From an uncultured Planctomycetota bacterium (lineage in GTDB: Bacteria > Planctomycetota > Planctomycetia > Pirellulales > Thermoguttaceae): DNA of 61,496 bases. The notes beneath the pieces were generated by a model. It made no database searches, had not been told where the DNA came from, and saw nothing but the letters and a program-made list of their open reading frames with translations. Location: the NCBI GenBank assembly GCA_902770245.1, contig CACXSS010000030.1, positions 1 to 61,496 of the forward strand. Reading direction: 5' to 3'. The position numbers and the translations under genes were made by a program. The stretch's first letter is position 1. Every line of letters starts with the position of its first letter. Positions 35,001-43,964 of the stretch are shown here, piece after piece.

Positions 35001-35057
35001 AAAAGCAAAAATAAAACCGCGTTGATTACTTGAATTATCAAGCTGTCAACGCGGTTT
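35001..35057 (-). terminator. Intrinsic terminator after cysS
   Basis: aaaccgcgttga (35014-35025) and tcaacgcggttt (35046-35057) form a 12-bp stem. On the minus strand it is followed by TTTTATTTTTGCTTTT. Confidence 0.7.
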
Positions 35058-35124
35058 ATTGTTGTCAGGCGTCAGCGCTGATTAGAGCGCTGACGATTTT
35101 TATTGGACGTTTTTATTTGCAGGA

Positions 35125-36708
35125 TTACGCTTTTTCCCAAGTCGTTGTTTTATCGGGGCGATCTTCCAGTTTGACGCCCAGTTCTTTCAGCGCATCGCGG
35201 ATGAGGTCGCTTGTCGCCCAGTCTTTGTTCTGTCGGGCGTTGGCGCGAATCTGAATAATCAGGTTCATCAAGCCATCAACGAGCGAATTGTCTTCAGAGC
35301 TATCGTCCTGACCCGCTTTCTTGGGCGGTTCGAGGAACAGCCCCAAAGCTCCCGCCAGTTCCCGGAACGTCTTGACGCCCTGAACGAGCTGGGCGACCGC
35401 TTCCGGCGTCGGAGCGGTTTCCAGCTTCTGATCGTCGATGAACTTGTTGAGCTTTTTGAGCAGGTCGAACAGTTCAGCAATGCCTGCGCCGGTATTGAAG
35501 TCGTCGTCCATGGCGTCAAGGAACGTTTTGCGGCTTTGCGCGACAGACTGCAGCAGTTCCGACTGTCCCGGATCAAATTCGCCGGCATCGCGGGTTTTGG
35601 CAAATTCCGTCTGATAGAATTTCGTTCCGGTAACGCGGTCAAAGCGTTTGAAGAATCGATAGAACGCTTCCAAGCCGGTTTGAACTTCTTCAATGCGTCT
35701 GACGGAATAGTCAATCGGACGTCGATAATGCGTTGACAGCAGGAAGAATCGAATCGTTTCGCCGGCAAACGTTTTGAGCATGTCACGGAACGGAACGGAG
35801 CCTTTGGACTTGCTGATTTTACCGGCTTCCTGCGACGCGATGTCGCCCTCTTTGGCTTCCGGAGCGTCCGCCGCTTTTGTTTTGCGACCGCCGACTTTGC
35901 CGATTTCATCCGACGCCTGCATCAGACCGTTGTGCATCCAGTATTTGACGTACGGTTTGCCGCTTCGCGCTTCCGACTGGGCGATTTCGTTTTCGTGGTG
36001 CGGAAACGCCAAGTCCAACCCACCGCCGTGAATATCGAACGTGTCTCCCAACAGGCAGGAGCCCATGACGGAACATTCAATATGCCAGCCCGGTCTGCCC
36101 GGCCCCCAGGGGGATTCCCAAGACGGTTCGCCCGGCTTCGCGCTTTTCCACAAGGCGAAGTCCGCAGCGGAATGTTTTCTGTCTGCCGTCGAACCGCCTT
36201 CGCCCAGCATCTGTTCAACAGATCGGTGTGACAGTTTCCCGTATCCGGCGAACTGCGCAACGTCGTAGTAAACGTCGCCGTCGGACTCGTAAGCGAATCC
36301 CTTGTCAATCAAATCCTGAACGAATTTGATAATCTGAGGAATGTACTCTGTCGCGTGGGGGAAATGGTCGATGGTCGTAACGCCCAGCGCCTGAATGTTC
36401 GACAGGTAATCCTGGGTCATTTCCGCCGCCAGATCCGCCATCTTCATGTTGCGGGCGTTGGACTCGTTGATGAGTTTGTCGTCAACGTCGGTAATGTTGA
36501 CAACGAACGTAACGTCGTACCCGCTGTAGGTGAGGTATCGCTTGACGCAGTCAAAAATAACCGGACCGACCATGTGTCCGATGTGGCTGGGCTTATAAAC
36601 CGTCGGGCCGCACAAATACATTCCGACCGGGCGTTTCTCGCCGGTGGGCGTCTGAACGGGAACAAAATCTTCCTTTTGACGAGTGAGCGTGTTGTATACT
36701 CGAATCAT
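35125..36708 (-). CDS. cysS: Cysteine--tRNA ligase
   Basis: Matches are MIRVYNTLTRQKEDF, CGPTVYKPSHIGH (HIGH), WHIECS and KISKSKG (KMSKS). An extra ~30-aa Lys/Ala/Glu-rich stretch precedes KMSKS. Confidence 0.9.
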   Translation of the reverse strand: MIRVYNTLTRQKEDFVPVQTPTGEKRPVGMYLCGPTVYKPSHIGHMVGPVIFDCVKRYLTYSGYDVTFVVNITDVDDKLINESNARNMKMADLAAEMTQDYLSNIQALGVTTIDHFPHATEYIPQIIKFVQDLIDKGFAYESDGDVYYDVAQFAGYGKLSHRSVEQMLGEGGSTADRKHSAADFALWKSAKPGEPSWESPWGPGRPGWHIECSVMGSCLLGDTFDIHGGGLDLAFPHHENEIAQSEARSGKPYVKYWMHNGLMQASDEIGKVGGRKTKAADAPEAKEGDIASQEAGKISKSKGSVPFRDMLKTFAGETIRFFLLSTHYRRPIDYSVRRIEEVQTGLEAFYRFFKRFDRVTGTKFYQTEFAKTRDAGEFDPGQSELLQSVAQSRKTFLDAMDDDFNTGAGIAELFDLLKKLNKFIDDQKLETAPTPEAVAQLVQGVKTFRELAGALGLFLEPPKKAGQDDSSEDNSLVDGLMNLIIQIRANARQNKDWATSDLIRDALKELGVKLEDRPDKTTTWEKA

Positions 36709-36967
36709 AGTAAAGTCTTATTGGGGTTATGGTGGGTGATGATTATATTCAATTGATTCCCTATTTTACCAAAAAAACAAAACAATGCAACATTGATTTT
36801 ACAGATTCTTGACCGCGAAACAGGAAAAAAACTCTCTTATTGAAAACTCGTCCTTAAATAGTCCCCCTAAACGCCCCGCTGCAAGGCGTAAATTTGGATA
36901 ACTTGGAATTGCAATCCAGCGGAGAGTCGATTCCGCAAGTCCTTAAAAATCCAGTGTTTTTACAAGA

Positions 36968-36998
36968 AACAAAAAAGCCTTGCAAAATGTTGCAAGGC
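36968..36998 (-). terminator. Intrinsic terminator after tRNA-Arg
   Basis: gccttgcaa-aatg-ttgcaaggc forms a 9-bp stem followed on the minus strand by T6. Confidence 0.7.
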
Positions 36999-37005
36999 AA
37001 AAATC

Positions 37006-37079
37006 TACCTCAGGTAGGATTCGAACCTATAACCCTCGGTTCCGAAGACCGATGCGCTATCCAATTGCGCCACTGAGGC
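37006..37079 (-). tRNA. tRNA-Arg (anticodon UCG)
   Basis: I folded the cloverleaf by hand. The acceptor stem is GCCTCAG/CTGAGGT (G1-U72 wobble). The D stem is GCGC/GCGC. The anticodon stem is TCGGT/ACCGA with loop CTTCGGA. The T arm contains GGTTCGAATCC. Length is 74 nt with no encoded CCA. Confidence 0.85.
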
Positions 37080-37142
37080 ATTTATTATGTTTATTGTAGC
37101 CAATTTCCCATTTCCTGCAAGGAGGGGGGGGAAAGGCGATTT

Positions 37143-37183
37143 TAAAATAAAACCGCCGCAGTCAGGGGGATGACTACGGCGGG
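37143..37183 (-). terminator. Intrinsic terminator downstream of the secretin gene and its duplicated tail
   Basis: ccgccgtagtca-tccccc-tgactgcggcgg forms a 12-bp stem with one wobble, followed on the minus strand by TTTTATTTTA. Confidence 0.7.
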
Positions 37184-37227
37184 AAGTTTGACGTCAGGAA
37201 TTATCCGGGGAATATATACCCCCTGTA

Positions 37228-37356
37228 TTAGGGAGTGATGCCCAATTGTTCCTCTTCCTTTTCCTGAATGATGACACGGGGAGTAACCATCGTCGTCAAA
37301 CTTTTGTGTTCAACGTCTGGAATCGCGTTTCCAGAATCATCGTTTTCAGGTCAGGA
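37228..37356 (-). repeat. In-frame 129-nt relic or duplicate of the secretin 3' end
   Basis: After GIAAP-TGA-TCC-TGA the same frame continues ..KSLTTMVTPRVIIQEKEEEQLGITP-TAA. This parallels the real C-terminus ..ESLMMMVTPRIIIQEEEEERMGIAAP. Confidence 0.8.
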
Positions 37357-39348
37357 TCACGGGGCGGCGATGCCCATTCTTTCCTCTTCTTCTTCCTGGA
37401 TAATGATTCGCGGTGTAACCATCATCATCAAGCTTTCTGTTTCGCGACCGATGCCGGTGTTCTGGAACAGACGGTTGATGTAAGGAATCTTGTTGAGGAT
37501 TGGAACGCCCTTTTCATCTCGACCTTCCTTGAGTCGTTTAATTCCGCCCAGGAGGACAGTACCGCCGTCAGGAACGCTGACTGTTGTGGTAACGGTCTGA
37601 TAGGCGAAGGTTGGCAACTGAACAGATGTACCAGAATTCGAGGTTGAAACGTTCTTGCTGTTCTTCTTGGTAATCGGCTGTTCATCGTCGCCTTCAGACG
37701 AGGTGTCTTCCGTTGTGGTAGTTGAACCGGTGAACTTGAAGACGTTGACTTCTTTGATTTCGCTGAAGAACGGGACAACCGTCAGTCGGACGAATCGTCG
37801 GTCGTTGCTGACAACCGCCTGAACCGTCAGGAAGGTTCCTTCAGACAGAACGACGATGACAGGCTGCTGAGCCGCGGCAAAGTCGCCGACAACCGGGGTA
37901 ACGCTGATGACGAACGGACTCTGTTGCGTATCGGAAACCATAGCCTGCTGACCATTGAACAGGGTTACTTTCGGCGCCTGCATGATGTTCGATCGTGCGT
38001 CTGCCTGAGCGGCTTCGATGAACAGGTAGGCTTCAATATCGCTCAGGAACGCCAAGCCCATGGTCAAGCCGTCGCCGCCGGTGTAACCGCCGAACTGTGG
38101 CGTTGTTCCGCCATAGCCGCCCTGGTTTACAGGAATGTCGAGCGTTGAGCTGAACAGACCAGGCGCTTTCAGACCGACGGTCGCGCTGCGCTGGAATTTG
38201 GCGTAGTCAGTTTCAGTCAAGTTTCCAGCATCGTCGAGAGCAGTTTCTCGTTCAATGGTTACGTTGCCCTGCTGATTCGATTTAATATTGACGTCGAAGT
38301 CAACGCCGACTCTTTCATAGAAACTGTCGGACAGGCTGATAAATCGAACTTCAATTGTTACCTGAAGGTCTTGCAGACGTCGAAGCTGTTCGAGCAGTTC
38401 AGCAATGTGTTCGTGGATTTCCTGAGTCTGACGAATAACAAGGCTCAAGTTCGTTTCAAACTTTTCGATTGTACCTTCGCCCTGTCCGCTGTCTTTCCAG
38501 GATTCGGGTTCAACGGTTTTGGTAATCAATTCGATCAAGCTGTCGAAGTCGGCGCCGGAACCGCTACCAAACGGTCCTGTGTTTCCGGAAGCCGGCGTCA
38601 TGGGAGAACCCGCTGTCAGGTCGCCGCCCATGGACTGAGCCAAAATATTGTTGTTGACGTTTCCGTTGGAACGGCTTGCAACCGCGGTTGCGGGAGCCAT
38701 GATGGACGATCCAATTCCGTTGCCCGCCATGCCGTTGTTCAGAGCCAACGCCTGTTTGTACGCGCCGGACAATCCCAGGTTATCCGTCGGAACAAAGTTC
38801 GGAATCGGAATAACGAGGTCGGCAACCGGGTACGTCTTGGTGTACAGCTGTCCTCTGCCGTTTTCTTTGCTTGTAATCTTGAGGACTTCATTCTTGATAA
38901 CGTAGGTCAGGTCGTACGGCTCCAGAATCAGGTCGAGAGCGTTTTTGAGCTGAATGTCGTTAGTCAGAGAAATCGTTACAGGCGTGTCGGAGGCGACTCC
39001 AGCAGCAACGAAGCCAGCCGGATCTTTGTAAATGTTGACTCCAGCCAGAGCGGCGAGGTCGTCCAAAATGGCGCTGATCGGCGTCTGCTTGTAGTCCAGT
39101 CGAACGGGCTGTTCGAGCTTCTTCTTGATTTCCAGTTCGCGTTCCGTATACGGACTCTGTTCGTCGCCCTTGGCGCGGCGTTTGGTGATGTCAGCCCACG
39201 TTCCGCGATCCGGGAAGACCATATTCTGATCCGGGTCAAACGGGTTGACGGCAGAACGTTCTACGCCTTCCATGGCGTTAAGGAAGCCTTCGCTCTGCAT
39301 TTCGCGAATCTTCAGACCGTCGTCAACGCGGCGTCGCGTTTTGGTCAT
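37357..39348 (-). CDS. Type II/III secretion system secretin family protein (GspD/PilQ-like)
   Basis: The secretin C-domain shows VTIEVRFISLSD..., VPDGGTVLLGGI..., GVPILNKIPYINRLF and MMMVTPRII. Confidence 0.85.
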   Translation of the reverse strand: MTKTRRRVDDGLKIREMQSEGFLNAMEGVERSAVNPFDPDQNMVFPDRGTWADITKRRAKGDEQSPYTERELEIKKKLEQPVRLDYKQTPISAILDDLAALAGVNIYKDPAGFVAAGVASDTPVTISLTNDIQLKNALDLILEPYDLTYVIKNEVLKITSKENGRGQLYTKTYPVADLVIPIPNFVPTDNLGLSGAYKQALALNNGMAGNGIGSSIMAPATAVASRSNGNVNNNILAQSMGGDLTAGSPMTPASGNTGPFGSGSGADFDSLIELITKTVEPESWKDSGQGEGTIEKFETNLSLVIRQTQEIHEHIAELLEQLRRLQDLQVTIEVRFISLSDSFYERVGVDFDVNIKSNQQGNVTIERETALDDAGNLTETDYAKFQRSATVGLKAPGLFSSTLDIPVNQGGYGGTTPQFGGYTGGDGLTMGLAFLSDIEAYLFIEAAQADARSNIMQAPKVTLFNGQQAMVSDTQQSPFVISVTPVVGDFAAAQQPVIVVLSEGTFLTVQAVVSNDRRFVRLTVVPFFSEIKEVNVFKFTGSTTTTEDTSSEGDDEQPITKKNSKNVSTSNSGTSVQLPTFAYQTVTTTVSVPDGGTVLLGGIKRLKEGRDEKGVPILNKIPYINRLFQNTGIGRETESLMMMVTPRIIIQEEEEERMGIAAP

Positions 39349-39390
39349 CTGGAAAGCGAGGATGCACGCCTGGTTGTTGGGATCGAGTTC

Positions 39391-41220
39391 TTAAGCCTGC
39401 TTGGCTTTGAGTTCCGCTTCGGCGTAACGCTGTTCGCGGGTAAGCTGACCAACTTCGTCGATGAGTTTGGCGATCTTCTGTTCTTTTTCCGTTTTATACT
39501 GCATCGCGCGAGCGTTGTCCTCGTCAATCTTGCGATTGTTTTCTTCGTTGGCAATCAACGCGCCGTTTTGCGAAATATACAGATTTAATTCGTTTATCTT
39601 CTGATCAACATGCGCCAGCAGTCGAGCTTTGCGAGTATCGTCCAGAGCGGATTTGTCTACATTGTCTCTAGCTGCAGTCAGGATGGCAACCGCTTCGCGG
39701 GGATTGGATTTACCCATAGCGTGAGCTTTAGCTTCCTGGGCAGTCAGTTCCGAAGCAACTTTGCTGAACAGAGCGTTCTGTTCTTCGGTCGCTTCCGCGG
39801 CTACAGCGGCAGCAGATCCCGGAACAGGAGCCGGAGCAGAGTTCGCATTGAGGAATGTGAGTCTATCGTTAAGCTGACGCTGCGAGCTGTAATCGAGTTC
39901 GTCTCGGCGCTGTGCGGCCTTGAGGAACGCATTCGCAGCGGCTTCCTTATTACCAGCCTTAAGAGCTTCTTCGCCTTGCAGGAAGTAGCTCATGCCTTCG
40001 GTCATGCTTGACGGCTGTCCGGGCTGAAGAGCGGCAACCTGTTCGACAGCAGTAGCGTCACGGTTTGAAACGTAACTGGCGTTGGCAACCGAAGCGCCTG
40101 CAGCTCTCTGGCGAGCGCCGTTAATCTTATTGAGCAAATCCTGAGGTTTAACGTCGTAAGCCGTATATTCGACATTGAGTCGCGAGGCGTTCATCGCCAC
40201 GTTTTCTGCAATGTCGTAGCAGCGAAGCTGATACAGCGTATTCGCCTGATTGAGCAGAACGCGAGAGAATTCTTTTCGGCTGTTCATATCAGACGGATTG
40301 TTCTGAACGGAAGCGTATGCAGATTCGTAAGCTTGAATATCTTTTTCAACACGATTGGGCGAATCGTTTTTCGGTCCGTAGGGCACGTTTAAGCTGCGAG
40401 CCTGAGAAACTTTTGCACGCGCGTTAGCAACATCCCCCGTTGCCAGATTTTTACGCGCTTCGAGCAAAAGCTTGTCGCTCTGCTGACGAACGGCAACTGG
40501 AACGTCGCCGGAAGCGGGAGCGGCTGCCATTGTCGCCATCGCCGGAGCGACCGGAGCGGACTGGGCTGCCGGAGCGGGAGGCAGATCAGGCAGAGGCGGA
40601 ACGGACGGAGCCGACATCGCCATTTGCTGCTGTTGTTTGGCAGTCTGAATATCGCGCATAAGACGTTCGGGAGTGTCTTCGCCCGGAGCGTAAGCAACTT
40701 TCAGCTTCATCGCTTCTGAGCAAAGCTGTTCCGCTTTGTCGAACGCGCCAAGGTTGAGAGAAGAGCGTCCTTCCGCAATGTACTTTTTCGCCAATGCAGA
40801 AGCGTTGGTTACTGGAGAAACCGTTGGAACGGACGGCGCGCTGCTGTTTTGACCGCGAATAGCAAACGGGTCTTGCGACTGAGTTGACGCCGAGGCGCCT
40901 TTCGCTCGACCCAGTTCGCGGCGAAGACGAGCGGGCGTGTCCCCGGTGTACAGCGGTTCAAACTGTACGTTGAGGCTTTCCGCCTGACCGATAAGCGTTT
41001 CCGCGTCGGCGAGTTTGCCTTCATTTATCGCTTGACGAGCGCGCTGAAGTAAATCGGAGCATTGAGCGCGAGCTGCGCCGGGGGCTGTCGATTGCGCTTG
41101 ACTTTCTTTTGTTGTTACGCAAACAAGCGCGGCAAACAAAAGAACGAACGACAAGGCTTTTACAATACGACCCCAATCGGGACGATAAAAGCTGTTCTTC
41201 AAACTTCCTTGTTTTTTCAT
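39391..41220 (-). CDS. Secreted or membrane-anchored Ala/Gln-rich protein with four ~55-90-aa internal repeats, immediately upstream of the secretin
   Basis: A signal/anchor segment VKALSFVLLFAALVCV is present. The repeated pattern is ..A..L.V.Y.P..D.P..L..I.., for example SLNVQFEPLYTGDTPARLRREL, KLKVAYAPGEDTPERLMRDI, SLNVPYGPKNDSPNRVEKDI and RLNVEYTAYDVKPQDLLNKI. Confidence 0.6.
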   Translation of the reverse strand: MKKQGSLKNSFYRPDWGRIVKALSFVLLFAALVCVTTKESQAQSTAPGAARAQCSDLLQRARQAINEGKLADAETLIGQAESLNVQFEPLYTGDTPARLRRELGRAKGASASTQSQDPFAIRGQNSSAPSVPTVSPVTNASALAKKYIAEGRSSLNLGAFDKAEQLCSEAMKLKVAYAPGEDTPERLMRDIQTAKQQQQMAMSAPSVPPLPDLPPAPAAQSAPVAPAMATMAAAPASGDVPVAVRQQSDKLLLEARKNLATGDVANARAKVSQARSLNVPYGPKNDSPNRVEKDIQAYESAYASVQNNPSDMNSRKEFSRVLLNQANTLYQLRCYDIAENVAMNASRLNVEYTAYDVKPQDLLNKINGARQRAAGASVANASYVSNRDATAVEQVAALQPGQPSSMTEGMSYFLQGEEALKAGNKEAAANAFLKAAQRRDELDYSSQRQLNDRLTFLNANSAPAPVPGSAAAVAAEATEEQNALFSKVASELTAQEAKAHAMGKSNPREAVAILTAARDNVDKSALDDTRKARLLAHVDQKINELNLYISQNGALIANEENNRKIDEDNARAMQYKTEKEQKIAKLIDEVGQLTREQRYAEAELKAKQA

Positions 41221-42179
41221 GACTGTAGCCTTAATACTATTGTAAACTTTCCGCGGCAGATAGACGTTTGACTTTTACGTCCAATTCTGACAACTCCGAG
41301 CCGCGAGTTCTCCCCGTGAATTGCCAGTTTCCGAACCGTCTTTACATCGCTTGCGCTCTGATTTCCCTGACAGTTCGGACGCCCTTGACTGGGATCAATT
41401 CTCGATTGGAATGTTTGAAGCGTCTTGAGACGCTCGTTTTCCGTTTCCGAATTTCATTCCCCATAGCGTTTATGGAATCCCTCCACTAAAACGCTATACA
41501 GGGGCGTTCAATTTATATTTTCGTCCGGATTAAAAAAGAAATAAATAAAAATTTCGACAATTTGCTGAAATTCGATAAAAATTCTCTACATTTCCTTTAA
41601 ATCCGACTTTTTTGAGCGCTGTTTTTTTCAAAATTGCAGCGTTAATTGTTATCATTAATATAATTGTTACAAATTAACGCTCAACGCCAATTTAACTTCT
41701 TTGTTTTCGCGTCATTTGATCTGAAAACAAGAAATTATTATTAACGGAATAGCAAATTTTTCTCACTGCAACAAGAGCAATTTTTTTCTTTTAACATTTT
41801 TAAAGGCTTCTTAGCTATTTTTTGCAGGTGTATTTGATAGCATAACCCTTATGTTTTTATCGATTAATACAGTCTAATAATACAGTTTAATAATAAGATT
41901 ATCAATGGTAAAGATTTCAGCTGCTATTAGGAAGGTTTCTGATCATGGGTTAAGGAGTTAATCGACTTTTCAAACCTCTTAAACTGCCCACATTTTTTAT
42001 TTTGCTTATTACACCAAACAAATATTTTTAATACAGAAATAATATGCGTTCACCATGCGTTTCTGAATTTATCCGCCCCCTCTGTTATTTTCAGAAATAT
42101 GCTTTACAATATTTATATATGCTGACAGACGGCGTCGGCTCTGATATTGATTATTAAAACCCTTTACCCATAAGATGCC

Positions 42180-43469
42180 ATGTGGTTTAAACAAGAATCG
42201 TCGAATATTTCCCGTGAAGAGATTCTCGAATTGGCGCGTCAGTACGCCGCCGAGGCGAAAAAGCGCATTTGCGCCAATCCAAAACGCGTTCTGCTGCTCC
42301 CGCCGGACATTACCCGCGCTCATTCCGGTTCTGGCTGGATTGTTGAAGAACTGTATAAAATCTTTACCGCCGACGGCGCGGACGTTCATCTCATTCCCAC
42401 TCTCGGACAGCACGTTCCGCATACGCCTGAACAGAACAAATGGATGTTCGGCTCCGTTCCGGAAGAGAAGATTCACGTTCACGACTGGCGCAGCGGCTCG
42501 ACCGTAATCGGGGAAGTCCCGTTGTCGTTCGTCAAAGAGGTTTCCGGCGGAAAAGTCGATTGGGCGATTCCCGTCAGTCTGGACAACTTCCTGCTCAACG
42601 GGAATTGGGATCTGGTTCTCAACGTCGGACACGTCGTTCCGCACGAGGTATTGGGGTTTGCCAACCACAACAAGAACTACTTTATCGGCTTGGGCGGAAA
42701 GGACATGATTTGCGCCTCGCACCTGATGGCGGCTTGCTGCGGAATTGAAAACAACCTCGGCACGCTGACCACGCCGCTGAGAAAGTGCTTCAACAAGGCG
42801 GAAGAGGACTATCTCGGATTCCTGCCGGACGCTTATTTTGAAGTCGTCATGGCGTACAACGACGAAGGCAAGCTGGTTCACACCGGCGTTTACGCAGGCG
42901 ACGACGTCGAAACGTATCTGGAAGCGGCGCGGGCGTCGCAGAAGCAGAATATTACCGTCGTTCCGCCGCTGAAGAAAATCGTGGCTGTTATGCAGGGCGA
43001 CGAGTTCTATTCCACCTGGGTTGCCAACAAGGCGATTTATCGAACCAGAAAAGCCCTGGCGCAAGACGGAGAACTGCTCATTATCGCCCCTGGTCTGGAA
43101 CGCTTTGGCGAGCAGCCCGAAATTGACGCGATTATTCGCAAGTACGGCTATTCAGGAACGGAAAACGTTATGCGGCTGTACAAGGAATGCCCTGACGACG
43201 GCGACTTGAAGAACTTTGCCGTCGGAACCGCTCACCTGATTCACGGCTCTTCCGAAGGACGATTCAAGATCACCTACGCCCCCGGCAAGATGAGCCAGAA
43301 AGACATCGAATCCGTCTGTTTCAACTACGCCGACATCAACGAAACGCTCAAGCGTTACAATCCCGCCGAGCTGAAAAACGGGTTCAACACGATGCCCGAC
43401 GGCGAAGAAATCTACTTTATTTCCACGCCGTCCGCCGGTCTGTGGAGCACGGCTGACAGGCTGAACTAA
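42180..43469 (+). CDS. LarA-like (DUF2088) nickel-pincer racemase/epimerase family protein
   Basis: PPDITRAHSG, IPTLGQHVPHT and GHVVPHEVLGFANHNKNYFIGLGG parallel the LarA DxTR, GTHR and GxxxH..GFxGG motifs as I remember them. Confidence 0.55.
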   Translation: MWFKQESSNISREEILELARQYAAEAKKRICANPKRVLLLPPDITRAHSGSGWIVEELYKIFTADGADVHLIPTLGQHVPHTPEQNKWMFGSVPEEKIHVHDWRSGSTVIGEVPLSFVKEVSGGKVDWAIPVSLDNFLLNGNWDLVLNVGHVVPHEVLGFANHNKNYFIGLGGKDMICASHLMAACCGIENNLGTLTTPLRKCFNKAEEDYLGFLPDAYFEVVMAYNDEGKLVHTGVYAGDDVETYLEAARASQKQNITVVPPLKKIVAVMQGDEFYSTWVANKAIYRTRKALAQDGELLIIAPGLERFGEQPEIDAIIRKYGYSGTENVMRLYKECPDDGDLKNFAVGTAHLIHGSSEGRFKITYAPGKMSQKDIESVCFNYADINETLKRYNPAELKNGFNTMPDGEEIYFISTPSAGLWSTADRLN

Positions 43470-43496
43470 ACGCAGCTCGCCATTTCAAGAACAAAC

Positions 43497-43535
43497 AACG
43501 AGTTGCAGGAGTACGCTCTTGCAACTCGTTTGTTA
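43497..43535 (+). terminator. Hairpin terminator after the LarA-like gene
   Basis: aacgagttgcaggag-tacg-ctcttgcaactcgtt forms a ~15-bp stem with one G-U pair, followed by tgttatattc. Confidence 0.55.
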
Positions 43536-43866
43536 TATTCAAAGACTACGTTTGCTACTTTTTTCTGACGATTTTGCTGGGGTACTTATCCAGCAACGCT
43601 TGAACCTCGTCGACATCAAGATAAATCGCGACTTGTTGTGGTTTAATCTTTGGAAAAACGTCTGACAAAGGAAAATTGGTTGATTAAACGCGCGAACGCC
43701 CAAGCTAATGACTAGCGGCTAACAGCTCACAGGCGTTTTTTCGTCCAAAAGTTTTTTAACACGAAAAACACGAAAGGATTTTTTTAATCTTATATTTTTC
43801 GTAAATTTCGGCGTTTTTCGTGATTACAATTCAATAATTCACGAATGAACGCTCGAGTTGTAAATT

Positions 43867-43918
43867 AACCAATCGGTGAAAATCCGTTTAATCCGTCAAA
43901 TCCGTGAACGGATTGACC
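43867..43918. repeat. 52-nt element with three AATCCGT words at 9-nt spacing plus one inverted copy, downstream of shc
   Basis: The sequence reads aaccaatcggtgaaaatccgtttaatccgtcaaatccgtgaacggattgacc. A ~90% identical copy at 57690-57741 lies downstream of xseB. Confidence 0.85.
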
Positions 43919-43964
43919 TTCGGAAACGCTATGTACCAACCTACCGGAATAGCCCTATCTTTTA

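Noticed and set aside
32135-37079. AT-rich island considered as a classical tRNA-targeted integrative element
   Set aside because: cysS lies between the island and tRNA-Arg. I saw no integrase and no direct repeat of the tRNA 3' end. The foreign composition is retained as a finding, but the integrative-element call is dropped.
37351-37362. TGA-TCC-TGA after the secretin considered as a selenocysteine or programmed read-through site
   Set aside because: I found no SECIS-like hairpin immediately downstream, there are two stops in a row, and the only SelA-like gene in the window is disrupted and lacks the catalytic Lys. A relic duplication is the simpler explanation; it is kept as a finding without a recoding claim.
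41268-41489. 73-aa plus-strand ORF in the long intergenic region
   Set aside because: It has no RBS and an unremarkable composition, and it sits in what looks like the structured leader of the minus-strand gene. Coding status cannot be supported.
43560-43690. Minus-strand ORF fragment ..LSDVFPKIKPQQVAIYLDVDEVQALLDKYPSKIVRKK considered as a possible antitoxin-like remnant
   Set aside because: It is only about 40 codons with no ATG start and no partner gene, and the similarity to ribbon-helix-helix/BrnA-type antitoxins is vague.
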